A stretch of 64,000 nt of DNA from Candidatus Methanomethylicia archaeon (GTDB lineage: Archaea; Thermoproteota; Methanomethylicia; Culexarchaeales; Culexarchaeaceae). A program made the position numbers and the translations under genes. Within the stretch, counting starts at the first letter, position 1; each line of letters starts with the position of its first letter. This document shows positions 20,004 to 29,365 of this stretch, piece after piece. The stretch lies in NCBI GenBank assembly GCA_038727515.1, contig JAVYVS010000005.1, forward strand, positions 48,609-112,608, written 5' to 3'. Below the pieces are notes generated by a model. It was given only the letters and a program-made list of their open reading frames with translations, did not search any database and was not told the DNA's origin.

Positions 20004-20999
20004 TTGAGGGTAAAGCTTGACATTAATAAGGCAGCTGCTTTAGGTTGGCTTTTGAGCATATATGACTTTCCTATTAATTATTACTGTAATGAACTTTTCT
20101 ATCCCGTTTCATCATATGATGATGAAAACATTCTAAACTACTTTTTGTTTATGGTTCTTATGGATTATAATTTTCCCGATTCACATTTTTATGGTTATAT
20201 TGATGATGTTTACTATAGTGGGTCCCTACTTTTTTGGCGTTTAGGGAAAATTAGGTTTGATGATAATCCTGAATTCTTCTCTCTTGATTCGATTGCCAGT
20301 TTAAAAGTTGATGAATTTAGAAGTATGTTTAATATTGGGCGTATTTATGGTGTTGATCTTTTAAATCTTAATTTAAGAGTTCAAATTTTAAGAGAGGTTG
20401 CTAATAAGATCTTAAAAGATTATAATGGTTCTTTTTACAATCTTATTGATGCTTCTTCCAATTATTTGTATTGTAATGGTTCTGGATTTATTGAGAGATT
20501 AAGTAAATTTAGGGGATTTAATGATCCAGTTGAATATAAAAGTTTACTTTTGGCTAAGATCCTCTTTAGACGTGGATTTTTATCGTTGAATGATATTGAC
20601 AATTTTCATGTGCCTGTTGAGAGTAAAATTCTTGTTTTTTCTTTAAGGTTTGGCTTAATTTATTTGGATGATGAATTTATGGATAGATTTTTAAGTGGAT
20701 TAATAACTTTGTCTGAAGATTATGCTTTGAGAATTCGTATTAGGGAGGGATTAGATTTTACTTCTAAAATTTCGAAGAAGGATTCTATGCTACTCCACGA
20801 CTTTTTAGATATGTTTACATCTTATTGCTGTAAATTTTCTCATCCAAAATGTGTTTATAAGTGTGATGAAAAGTGTTCTTTATCCCTCTTTTTTAAATGT
20901 GATAGTAATTGTTTACTGAGGGGGTTATGTAGATTTTGTGGAACTGACTTAGTTAATAGGATACATAAACCAGCTATTCCTGATAGCATTTATTATTAG
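20004..20999 (+). CDS. Divergent queuosine-salvage (DUF2419/Qng1)-like HhH-fold protein with Cys-rich C-terminus
   Basis: NYFLFMVLMDYNF, R..ILRE, DPVEYKSLLLAK, VPVE...LRFG; C-terminal Cys cluster. Confidence 0.55.
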   Translation: MRVKLDINKAAALGWLLSIYDFPINYYCNELFYPVSSYDDENILNYFLFMVLMDYNFPDSHFYGYIDDVYYSGSLLFWRLGKIRFDDNPEFFSLDSIASLKVDEFRSMFNIGRIYGVDLLNLNLRVQILREVANKILKDYNGSFYNLIDASSNYLYCNGSGFIERLSKFRGFNDPVEYKSLLLAKILFRRGFLSLNDIDNFHVPVESKILVFSLRFGLIYLDDEFMDRFLSGLITLSEDYALRIRIREGLDFTSKISKKDSMLLHDFLDMFTSYCCKFSHPKCVYKCDEKCSLSLFFKCDSNCLLRGLCRFCGTDLVNRIHKPAIPDSIYY

Positions 21000-21003
21000 G
21001 GGG

Positions 21004-21834
21004 TTGTGTGGAAACATGTTTAATATTGGTGTTTCATCTCTATGTTTTATTTCAAAAAATTTTGAAGTTTTCATTGATTCTTTAAAATTTTCCAATATAC
21101 GTTTTTGGGAGATTGTAGATGATGGTCCGCACTTTTTAGATTTAAATAAAATTTCCCTCCTTCTTAATGCTATTTCTAGTGAGGATATAATTTTTAGTTT
21201 GCATGCTCCATATACTTCAGTCAATATTTCTGCAACAAATTATAAAGTTAGAAAATTCAGTATGGATGTTTATATAGAGTCTGTGGAACATGCTCATGCT
21301 ATAGGGTGTAAGTATATTGTTTTTCATCCAGGTTTATTGGATTCTTTTTCTTATTTATTTAATGATTTAAGAGATTCTGTAATTGAAAGTATATACTTTC
21401 TTTTATCTCTTGGTGATAAATGTGCTAGTTATGGTATAACTCCATTATTGGAGAATCTAGCTACTGAGAGATCCACTATCCTCTCCATTAATAGTTTTAA
21501 GGATTTTCTAAGTAAATCCAGTAAGTTCATGGTTGCATTAGACATATCTCACGCTCATGTTATGGGTTTATTCAATGGATATTTAAATAACCTCCATAAC
21601 AGAATTGCATATCTACATATTAGTGGTAATGATGATAAAGCTGATAGACATTGGCCTTTAAATGTTGGCTCTCAATATTGGAGGGGCTATCTTAAAGAAA
21701 TTTTAAATTTTGGTTTTAATTGTCCTTTAATTATTGAAAATCTTTCATATTTTGATGCATTAAAAAGTTTGGATATTTTAAAATCTTTTTTCAAAAATGA
21801 GTTTTCCACGGAGTTTTTCCATATCTCCATATAA
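21004..21834 (+). CDS. Sugar phosphate isomerase/epimerase (AP endonuclease 2 TIM barrel)
   Basis: SLHAPY, VFHPG, LEN, LDISHAH, HISGN..DRH, IIE. Confidence 0.85.
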   Translation: MCGNMFNIGVSSLCFISKNFEVFIDSLKFSNIRFWEIVDDGPHFLDLNKISLLLNAISSEDIIFSLHAPYTSVNISATNYKVRKFSMDVYIESVEHAHAIGCKYIVFHPGLLDSFSYLFNDLRDSVIESIYFLLSLGDKCASYGITPLLENLATERSTILSINSFKDFLSKSSKFMVALDISHAHVMGLFNGYLNNLHNRIAYLHISGNDDKADRHWPLNVGSQYWRGYLKEILNFGFNCPLIIENLSYFDALKSLDILKSFFKNEFSTEFFHISI

Positions 21835-22728
21835 CTCAATGATTTTCTTGTATTCTTCTTCATCATAAAATTTACAGATTCCATTCGTGTAATCTTTAGC
21901 TACTTCTATACAGAATCTAGTGGCTTCTTCTAAGCTTTTTATATATGTAGCTCCAGTTGCACAACCAGCTACTGGTACTTCTGCTGTTATGGCTACACCT
22001 ACCACTGGTGATTTTGTAGCTATCCATGGTTGCATTATACTATTTATGTGGTATATTCCATCTATGTATGGTGTTATATCTTGCATAGTTATTGGAACTA
22101 TATATGCTCTATGCCCAGTAACTCTCTCATAGATATTTATTAGATCATCGCTGACCTTTAGTATCCAACCATTTAATACCGTGGGTGTTATGGCAAAACC
22201 ATTAACCTTTATGACTCTATTACCTTTCGTAGCGTCAACTGATAGTATTGCATCCATTCTTTCATCAACTTCATTAATGACCATTGTATACATGTCTACT
22301 GGCGAATCCATAAATGGTACTGGTTTATGTGGTTTCGTTGGAGCTTTAGGGCATATATGTGTTGTTATTATTACATCTCCTTGTATTTTATCACCTTTTT
22401 TCATGAGGTCTGCCAATTTAAATGCAGATGCTATTGCTACTATTGCTCCATCAGCATCTGATACTAAACCCAACATTTGAGGTCTAGCTCCCAATCCGCC
22501 AAGTCTACCGATGATTCCAAGCGTTGGTTTATTTCCACTTTTAGTTTTACCGTTTTCACCTTGTATAAGTATTTTTACTAAGTCTGTTTTCCCCCTTTTT
22601 CCCTCTATAGTTTTTACTTCTACTTCTTCTATTCCTCTTCTTCGGAGTTCATTTTCTATTTCAAATCCAGTTATATTGGCATTTTCAAGAATATCTATTG
22701 CTTCCATAACTTGTTTTAAGCATGATAT
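21778..22728 (-). CDS. DUF1177 family protein
   Basis: GIIGRLGG, VSDADGA, THICP, SVDATKGNR, HINSIMQP; probable ATA start at 22728 (ORF track start 22707). Confidence 0.85.
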   Translation of the reverse strand: MSCLKQVMEAIDILENANITGFEIENELRRRGIEEVEVKTIEGKRGKTDLVKILIQGENGKTKSGNKPTLGIIGRLGGLGARPQMLGLVSDADGAIVAIASAFKLADLMKKGDKIQGDVIITTHICPKAPTKPHKPVPFMDSPVDMYTMVINEVDERMDAILSVDATKGNRVIKVNGFAITPTVLNGWILKVSDDLINIYERVTGHRAYIVPITMQDITPYIDGIYHINSIMQPWIATKSPVVGVAITAEVPVAGCATGATYIKSLEEATRFCIEVAKDYTNGICKFYDEEEYKKIIELYGDMEKLRGKLIFEKRF

Positions 22729-22766
22729 TTTAAGTCACCTCCATAAATTCCCAATTAACTATTGAT

Positions 22767-23141
22767 TCAACTTTTAATTAAATTTTCAAATTTTGTTCCA
22801 GACTTATCCTCTTCCAAAATTTTTTTCACTTTATCCCAATCAACAAGTTCTAGTATTATCTTTTTAAGATGTATTTTGAGTTTTTCCGCTGTTTCTTCAT
22901 ATCCTAACCTACTAGAATTCCATGTTACAAATGGTGTATGAAATTCCGCTTTACTGAATTTTATGTTTCCATGTTCATTTAATTCAAATTTTATCCATCC
23001 CAATTCCTTTAAGTAGCATAAATCATTTGGGCATAGTATATCTATTTCAAATGATTCTTTCCTTATGAAAACTAGCTTATATTGTTTAGGATCTGAAATT
23101 TTCGTTCCACAAGGACATTGTATCTCTTCATCCAATGGCAT
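22767..23141 (-). CDS. Hypothetical protein with CxC...CPxxxC putative Zn site
   Basis: ORF with QCPCG and LCPNDLC. Confidence 0.7.
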   Translation of the reverse strand: MPLDEEIQCPCGTKISDPKQYKLVFIRKESFEIDILCPNDLCYLKELGWIKFELNEHGNIKFSKAEFHTPFVTWNSSRLGYEETAEKLKIHLKKIILELVDWDKVKKILEEDKSGTKFENLIKS

Positions 23142-23234
23142 ATCAATACATTATAAACCTTTTATTATAAATAGTTTATTAAGAATGATATTAGAAAAGT
23201 TTTAATTTTATGTTTGAAAAAGCTTATTTTAGTT

Positions 23235-23327
23235 GCGGCGGTGGTCTAGCCTGGACTAGGACACAGGCTTGCCGAGCCTGTTATCCATTTGGGACAGGAA
23301 ACCCGGGTTCAAATCCCGGCCGCCGCA
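23235..23327 (+). tRNA. tRNA-Gly(GCC) with 18-nt intron (23283-23300) at position 45/46
   Basis: Acceptor GCGGCGG/CCGCCGC, anticodon arm CAGGC-TTGCCGA-GCCTG, T arm CCGGG-TTCAAAT-CCCGG; the insert forms a BHB motif. Confidence 0.93.
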
Positions 23328-23400
23328 TAATTTCTACATCATCTCGTACTGAACTTTTATTAATTTGGCACAGTATTTATTATTGTTAATGGTGGCATAA

Positions 23401-24282
23401 TTGAAATTGGTCATCGGCCCCTCATCACATGGTTTAGGTAAGTCTATATCTAAACTATTATCATTGGATATTGTTAATTTAGAGTGGAAGATTTTTCCTG
23501 ATGGTGAAAGTTATTTTAGATTTCTATCTAAGGTTGATGATGATATTATTTTAGTACATTCGTTATCTCCACCTCAGGATAAGAGGATTTTAGAATTGTT
23601 TTTTTTATTGAAAGGTTTACGTAGTTATGGCGCTAATGATGTAATATTAGTATTACCATATATTGCATACATGCGTCAAGACAAGAAGTTTCTTGAGGGG
23701 GAGATTATCAGTATTGAAGTTCTTGGGGAATTACTGAGTTTTTATGGTGTTAATAAATATGTGTTTGTTGATGTTCATAGTGAAGAGGTATTGAAATTTT
23801 TTAAGGGAAGGGTAATTGAAGTTTCAGCGTTTCCACTTTTTCGTAACATCCTTTTAATGTATAATCTTACTAATCCCTTTGTTTTAGCTCCAGATGCTAA
23901 AGCCTTGAAATATGCTGAGGTTGTAGCTCATGGTATTAATGCTGAATATGACTATGTCGTTAAGAAGAGGGATAGAAGCACTGGTGAAGTTGAATCTTAT
24001 ATTAAAGATTTGAATGTTAGTGGTAGAGATGTCATCTTAGTTGATGATATTATTAGTACTGGTGGAACTATTATTAATGCTACAAGAATTTTGAAGAAGT
24101 ATGGTGTAAATAGAATTTTTGCATGTTGTACTCATGGTGTTTTTGTTGGTAATGCTATAACTAACATGTATAATGCTGGTGTTTATGAAATAATATCTAC
24201 TGATACCATTGAATCTTATTATAGCCGTGTATCTGTAGCACCAGTTATAGTTTCCGCAATAAAATCTTTAGTTGAAGGATAA
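23401..24282 (+). CDS. prs: Ribose-phosphate pyrophosphokinase
   Basis: FPDGESY, PYIAYMRQDK, VDVH, VDDIISTGGT, CTHG. Confidence 0.94.
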   Translation: MKLVIGPSSHGLGKSISKLLSLDIVNLEWKIFPDGESYFRFLSKVDDDIILVHSLSPPQDKRILELFFLLKGLRSYGANDVILVLPYIAYMRQDKKFLEGEIISIEVLGELLSFYGVNKYVFVDVHSEEVLKFFKGRVIEVSAFPLFRNILLMYNLTNPFVLAPDAKALKYAEVVAHGINAEYDYVVKKRDRSTGEVESYIKDLNVSGRDVILVDDIISTGGTIINATRILKKYGVNRIFACCTHGVFVGNAITNMYNAGVYEIISTDTIESYYSRVSVAPVIVSAIKSLVEG

Positions 24283-24284
24283 TT

Positions 24285-25316
24285 ATGGAGGATGTCTTTT
24301 TTAGATTATCATGTGAACATGAATCTCTTCCAACAGCGGAAGTTAAAGCTGTCATGGAAGCTGAAAGGATTCCATATAAGTCTAAATTTTCGCCTCCATG
24401 TATATTTAGAGTTTCAATGCCATTGAAATATGTTGATATAATTCTGAAAAGGTCTGGTATGGTCTTTTTCTGTGCTAAGGAACTTGTGTTTTGTGATGCA
24501 AATTATGATAGTATTTTTAAATCTTGTAGAGATGTTGATTGGTCATTCATTTCCAATAAGTCTTTTTGTGTAAGGGTTAAAAGGGTATTGGCTTCTTCCA
24601 CAGATTTATCGACAAGATTTTTGGAATTTGAAATTGGAAGGATAATTAGCAATAGTTTGTCTGGTTCTACTCATGTTAACTTAAAATCTCCAGATGTAAC
24701 TATCATTGGAGTTTTAAGTGGTGGGAATTTTATTTTGGGAGTTCTATTGGGTGAATCTCTTAGGAGTACTTTTTATTCGAGATGGGTTGGTAATAGACCA
24801 TTTATACATCCAAGTTCTTTAGATCCCATTGTTTCTAGATTATTTGTTAATTTATGTAGAGCTAGGCGTGGAGAAATTTTCCTTGATCCATTTTGTGGTT
24901 CTGGTGGTTTTCTCATAGAGGCTGCATTAATTGGTTGTGAAGTTATTGGTTTAGATGTAGATGAAAAAATGCTTCGTGGATGTAAACTTAATATGGAATC
25001 TTTAGGTTTAAAAGGGTTTCATCTTTTTTTGGGGGATGCGAGAAAGGTTCCATTTAAATCTGTAAGATATGTTGCTACAGATCCTCCTTATGGTAGAACT
25101 GCATCTACTAAGGGTATGAATTTGAAAGATTTATTGATAGATTTCTTCGAGGAAATGAAAACTTTATTATCTAAAGATGGATATTTATGTTTAGCGTCTC
25201 CATATACTATTGGTTTAAGCCATCTTGGTTTAAGTATGGGATTCAATCTCATTGAATCTCATTTAATGAGGGTTCATAAAAGTTTAGTTAGGGAAATTTG
25301 CATCTTTAAATTATAG
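24285..25316 (+). CDS. trm11: tRNA m2G10 methyltransferase (THUMP + MTase, Trm11)
   Basis: RPFIHPSSL, LDPFCGSGG, TDPPYG, MRVHKSL. Confidence 0.88.
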   Translation: MEDVFFRLSCEHESLPTAEVKAVMEAERIPYKSKFSPPCIFRVSMPLKYVDIILKRSGMVFFCAKELVFCDANYDSIFKSCRDVDWSFISNKSFCVRVKRVLASSTDLSTRFLEFEIGRIISNSLSGSTHVNLKSPDVTIIGVLSGGNFILGVLLGESLRSTFYSRWVGNRPFIHPSSLDPIVSRLFVNLCRARRGEIFLDPFCGSGGFLIEAALIGCEVIGLDVDEKMLRGCKLNMESLGLKGFHLFLGDARKVPFKSVRYVATDPPYGRTASTKGMNLKDLLIDFFEEMKTLLSKDGYLCLASPYTIGLSHLGLSMGFNLIESHLMRVHKSLVREICIFKL

Positions 25317-25325
25317 GTGATTGTT

Positions 25326-26267
25326 ATGAGTATAAAATTGGTGTTTTTAGGAACAAGTGCTGGTTTACCTACAATAAAACGTGGATTATCTTGTATAGCT
25401 CTTAAATATCATGGTGATTTATTGATATTTGATTGTGGTGAAGGTGCTCAAAGAAGTATTATCATGGCTGGTTTAGGATTTCCAAAAAACCTTAAAATCT
25501 TCATTACACATATGCATAGTGATCATGTTTTAGGTATTTTAGGTTTACTTCAAACATTATCCTTAATAAATAGATCCTTTGATTTACATGTCTACGGTCC
25601 TAGAGGGATATCTGATTTTATTAATTTTAATAAGAAGATTTTAAACTTTCATTTATCATATGAATTATTTTTACATGAAATAAATCCTGGTGTAATATTG
25701 GATGATAAAGATTATATTGTTAGAGCTGTAGAAGCTGAACATGTTAAACCTAGTTTTGCGTATTCATTTGAAGAAAAACCTAGACCTGGCAAATTTCATC
25801 CTGATAGGGCTTTAGCGCTTGGTATTCCTAAAGGTCCTTTGTGGAGGAAATTGCAGAATGGTTTTCCCGTTAGTAATATTTTTGGGGATTTAGTATTTCC
25901 AGAACAAGTTATGGATCCTCCTAGAGCTGGTTTAAAAATTGTTTTCTCCGGAGATACGCGTCCATGTGAGAATATTTTAAATTTAAGTAGGAATGCTGAT
26001 ATTTTGATTTATGACTCTACCTTTGATGATTCCATGATAGATAAAGCTATTTCAGATATGCATTCCACTGCTGGTGAAGCTGCTGAATTAGCAGCTAAAG
26101 CTAATGTGAAATTACTTGTTTTAACGCATATAAGTGCTAGATATGAATCTTCACCTGATATCTTGCTTAAGCAAGCTAAGGAGAAGTTTAGTAATGTTAT
26201 TATAGCTGAAGATTTCCTTGAATTATCTATTTCAAAAAATACCTTTAACTTAAGACGTTTAATTTAG
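25326..26267 (+). CDS. rnz: Ribonuclease Z
   Basis: FLGTSAG, DCGEG, THMHSDH, GIPKGP flexible arm, SGDTRP, THISARY. Confidence 0.96.
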   Translation: MSIKLVFLGTSAGLPTIKRGLSCIALKYHGDLLIFDCGEGAQRSIIMAGLGFPKNLKIFITHMHSDHVLGILGLLQTLSLINRSFDLHVYGPRGISDFINFNKKILNFHLSYELFLHEINPGVILDDKDYIVRAVEAEHVKPSFAYSFEEKPRPGKFHPDRALALGIPKGPLWRKLQNGFPVSNIFGDLVFPEQVMDPPRAGLKIVFSGDTRPCENILNLSRNADILIYDSTFDDSMIDKAISDMHSTAGEAAELAAKANVKLLVLTHISARYESSPDILLKQAKEKFSNVIIAEDFLELSISKNTFNLRRLI

Positions 26268-26273
26268 TATTTT

Positions 26274-26669
26274 TTATTCTGAGGTGAGCCAATTTATTGC
26301 TTCATTTATTTCATCGATATTATTACATGATATTTCTATAGTTATTGGTCCAAGTGGAGATTCTCCATCTTTCTCGCAGAATGATACTTGCCCCATATAT
26401 GCTGCCTGTTTATTTAAATAGAATGCTATCTTATTTTCCATTATTGATCGTTTTAATATTGCTTTTGCAGTAGTTAGTATTCTCCTTCTCCTTAATGTTT
26501 CACGTAATTTTGATAGGACTTCTATGTTATCCCCTTCTGCTATTAATGTTTTTACCCCATTTTCTTCTATTAATTTGATTGTTTCTGAATTTATGATATT
26601 TAGTATTGCCTTCCTTACTTTTTCCTCATCTTCTGTGGGTTTCACTTCAGATTTAATTATTATTTTCAT
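26274..26669 (-). CDS. UPF0201/DUF54 RNA-binding protein
   Basis: PTEDEEKV, LNKQAAY, ESPLGPI. Confidence 0.88.
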   Translation of the reverse strand: MKIIIKSEVKPTEDEEKVRKAILNIINSETIKLIEENGVKTLIAEGDNIEVLSKLRETLRRRRILTTAKAILKRSIMENKIAFYLNKQAAYMGQVSFCEKDGESPLGPITIEISCNNIDEINEAINWLTSE

Positions 26670-27213
26670 GAGCTTTTACCACCTCTTCTAGAGTTTTAAA
26701 TGTTATCCTCTCTAGTTCCTCTAGTGTACCTTCATTTATTATTACTTTATCTGCTAATGCTATTACTTTACCTATTCCAACTTCTAATTCCCTAAAATCT
26801 CTTTTTTCAAATTCTTCCCAAGTTTTTGGGTCGTCTTTTCTTCCTCTATCTATGAGTCTTTTAAATCTAGTTTTTGGAGATGCATGTACAGCTATTATTG
26901 TTACTTTTCCAATATTCTTAAATTCTTTAATTTCTTCTATATTTCTAACACCCTCTATTAAAATCTTATCTGATTTTATCCTCTCAATTTTCTCTATACA
27001 TCTTAATGCTACTATATTTGCACCCATTTTTTCTCTTAATTCCATCATTAACCATCCAAGATTATTTGAAGTTGGTTCTATACTTCTAATTTCAGCTTCT
27101 TCTCTAATAATATCACCCATAGAGATTGTTGGTATACCCATCTTCTTTGCAATTTCACTTACAACTGTTTTTCCAGCTCCTGGCATTCCAGTAAGACATA
27201 TTATGATTCTAAT
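26653..27213 (-). CDS. UPF0200 NMP kinase / dephospho-CoA kinase-like P-loop protein
   Basis: TGMPGAGKT P-loop, MGDIIR, RGRKDD, RDFREL; the ORF-track Met lies inside the P-loop, so an ATT start at 27213 is probable. Confidence 0.85.
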   Translation of the reverse strand: MRIIICLTGMPGAGKTVVSEIAKKMGIPTISMGDIIREEAEIRSIEPTSNNLGWLMMELREKMGANIVALRCIEKIERIKSDKILIEGVRNIEEIKEFKNIGKVTIIAVHASPKTRFKRLIDRGRKDDPKTWEEFEKRDFRELEVGIGKVIALADKVIINEGTLEELERITFKTLEEVVKAHENNN

Positions 27214-27273
27214 AGTGAATCCCCTCTAAATATCTATTAAAGTTTATTTAGTTTTTCTCCTTATTTATTTGAG

Positions 27274-27843
27274 GTGTTAATTTTGAATTTGATTAGAGCC
27301 TTTATAGCAATTGATATCGATGAAAAAATTGTAGATTCTTTGGTTAAATTTCAAGAGGAATTGGCTTCTTTAGATTGTGATATTAAATTTGTTGAGAGGG
27401 ATAATATTCATTTAACATTAAAATTTCTTGGTGAACTTTCTTTAAATAAGATTAATGAAATTTGTAGATTAATGGATGATATTGAATTTCCTCCTTTTAC
27501 GCTTGAGGTTAAGGGGATAGGTGTATTTCCATCTCTTAATAGACCTAGAGTTGTTTGGGCTGGTGTTGGTGAGGGGTATCAGAATGTTGTAGAAATCTTT
27601 AAAATTTTGGATTCTAATTTAAGAAAATTAAATTTTAAATCTGAAGCTGAAGAATTTACTCCCCATATAACTATTGGAAGGTTTAGAAGTAATAGGAATA
27701 TGAGCGTATTTGTAAAATTTATTAAAAACTATGAGAATACCGTTTTCGGACAATTTAATGTTACTTGTATACGTTTAAAGAAGAGCGTATTAACTCCTAG
27801 AGGTCCTATATATTCAAATTTATATGAGGTAAAATTGGTGTAG
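27274..27843 (+). CDS. thpR: RNA 2',3'-cyclic phosphodiesterase (2'-5' RNA ligase family)
   Basis: Two HxT motifs (HLTLKFLG, PHITIGR); RAFIAID. Confidence 0.93.
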   Translation: MLILNLIRAFIAIDIDEKIVDSLVKFQEELASLDCDIKFVERDNIHLTLKFLGELSLNKINEICRLMDDIEFPPFTLEVKGIGVFPSLNRPRVVWAGVGEGYQNVVEIFKILDSNLRKLNFKSEAEEFTPHITIGRFRSNRNMSVFVKFIKNYENTVFGQFNVTCIRLKKSVLTPRGPIYSNLYEVKLV

Positions 27844-27846
27844 ATT

Positions 27847-29253
27847 ATGGATTTAGATGAAATTTTGTTTGAAGCCTTAAAAATATTAAAGCCAAATGTG
27901 GAAGAAAAACTGAAAATTGAAAAATTGTTGAATGAGTTATTAGAGCACTTAAGAAAATGTATTGGAAAACTTAATTTGAACTTAGAAGTTGAAGTCGAAG
28001 GATCAATTGCAAAAGATACTTGGCTTTCGGGAGAACAGGATATAGATGTATTCATACTATTCCCAAAAAACTCCAAGAAGGAAGATTTAAAAGGTACAAT
28101 TTTGCGTTTAGCGGAATGTGTTGTAGGGGATAAATTTATTGAAGCCTATGCTGAACATCCTTATGTAGAGTTAGATTACCATGGTGTTAAAATAGATTTA
28201 GTTCCCTGCATTAAATCATCATCTATTGATGAAGCTAAAACTGCCGTAGATAGAACTCCATTTCACACCATATATATAAAGAGCAACTTAAGTGATAATC
28301 TTAAAGATGAAGTTAGATTACTTAAAGGGTTTATGAAAGGAATTGGATGTTACGGTGCTGAAACAAAGATTAAGGGGTTTTCTGGATATTTATGTGAACT
28401 TCTAGTCCTATATTATGGGTCATTTATAAACGTTTTAAGAAGTTCAATCAATTGGAAACCATATAGTACATTAATAGATATTGAAGGATATTATAAAGAT
28501 GCTGAAGAAGCTCTAAAATTATTTAATGCTCCATTAGTAGTTATAGACCCTGTAGATAGAAATAGAAATGTTGCTGCAGCATTATCTTTAGAGTCAATGT
28601 CAAAGTTTATTTCAGCATCAAAATTTTTCCTAGAATCTCCAAATCTAAGCTTCTTTCAACCTAAATCAATAAAACCCTTATCAACCAATGAACTTATAGA
28701 AGAGATTAAGAGAAGAGGAAGCAACTTAATTTTCATAATTACAAAATGTCCAAAGGTTCATAGCGAAATTCTTTGGGGTCAATTATATAGGTCCCTTGAA
28801 GGATTAAAGAAACTAATATCAAATTTTGATTTCAAAATAATCAATTGTGACGTCTGGTCTGATGAAAAAGAATTAATCATTTTCATTTTTGAATTAGAAA
28901 ATGCAACTTTACCAAGCATTAAGAGGCATGTAGGTCCTCCAGTCTACATACAGAATGAAGTTAAAAACTTTCTAAACAAATATTTAAATTCCCCCATAGT
29001 CTTTTTAGGTCCTAAGATTGAAGATTGTAGATGGGTTGTTTACATTAAGCGCAAATATACTGATGTTAAACGATTATTATCTGAGAAAATACTTACTGCA
29101 AGATTAGGTGATCTAATTAAATCTTCATTAAAAGAAAGATGTGTGATCATAGAGAACGAGGAAATAACTAAGTTGTATAGTAGTAACAATGATTTTTCAA
29201 TATACCTTACAAATTATCTTAAAGGTACATATCCATGGTTAACTAAAGAATAA
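27847..29253 (+). CDS. cca: CCA-adding enzyme (class I)
   Basis: GSIAKDTWL, DIDVF, YAEHPY, VDRTPFH, GFSGYLCELL, DPVD. Confidence 0.96.
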   Translation: MDLDEILFEALKILKPNVEEKLKIEKLLNELLEHLRKCIGKLNLNLEVEVEGSIAKDTWLSGEQDIDVFILFPKNSKKEDLKGTILRLAECVVGDKFIEAYAEHPYVELDYHGVKIDLVPCIKSSSIDEAKTAVDRTPFHTIYIKSNLSDNLKDEVRLLKGFMKGIGCYGAETKIKGFSGYLCELLVLYYGSFINVLRSSINWKPYSTLIDIEGYYKDAEEALKLFNAPLVVIDPVDRNRNVAAALSLESMSKFISASKFFLESPNLSFFQPKSIKPLSTNELIEEIKRRGSNLIFIITKCPKVHSEILWGQLYRSLEGLKKLISNFDFKIINCDVWSDEKELIIFIFELENATLPSIKRHVGPPVYIQNEVKNFLNKYLNSPIVFLGPKIEDCRWVVYIKRKYTDVKRLLSEKILTARLGDLIKSSLKERCVIIENEEITKLYSSNNDFSIYLTNYLKGTYPWLTKE

Positions 29254-29264
29254 CGGTATAGTGA

Positions 29265-29340
29265 TGGGGCCGCTGGGATTTGAACCCAGGACCACCAGCG
29301 CCCCAGGCTGGCATCCTAATCCAAGCTAGACGACGGCCCC
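29265..29340 (-). tRNA. tRNA-Pro(GGG)
   Basis: Minus-strand cloverleaf: GGGGCCG acceptor, anticodon arm CCAGC-CTGGGGC-GCTGG, T arm CTGGG-TTCAAAT-CCCAG. Confidence 0.96.
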
Positions 29341-29365
29341 AGCCAATATTTAACTTTAATTTTAT

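Noticed and set aside
25314-27849. In-frame TAG junctions trm11-rnz and thpR-cca suggesting amber readthrough or pyrrolysine recoding
   Set aside because: Each protein is full length with its own SD and start, other TAG-ending genes are normal length, and in-frame adjacency is expected one time in three.
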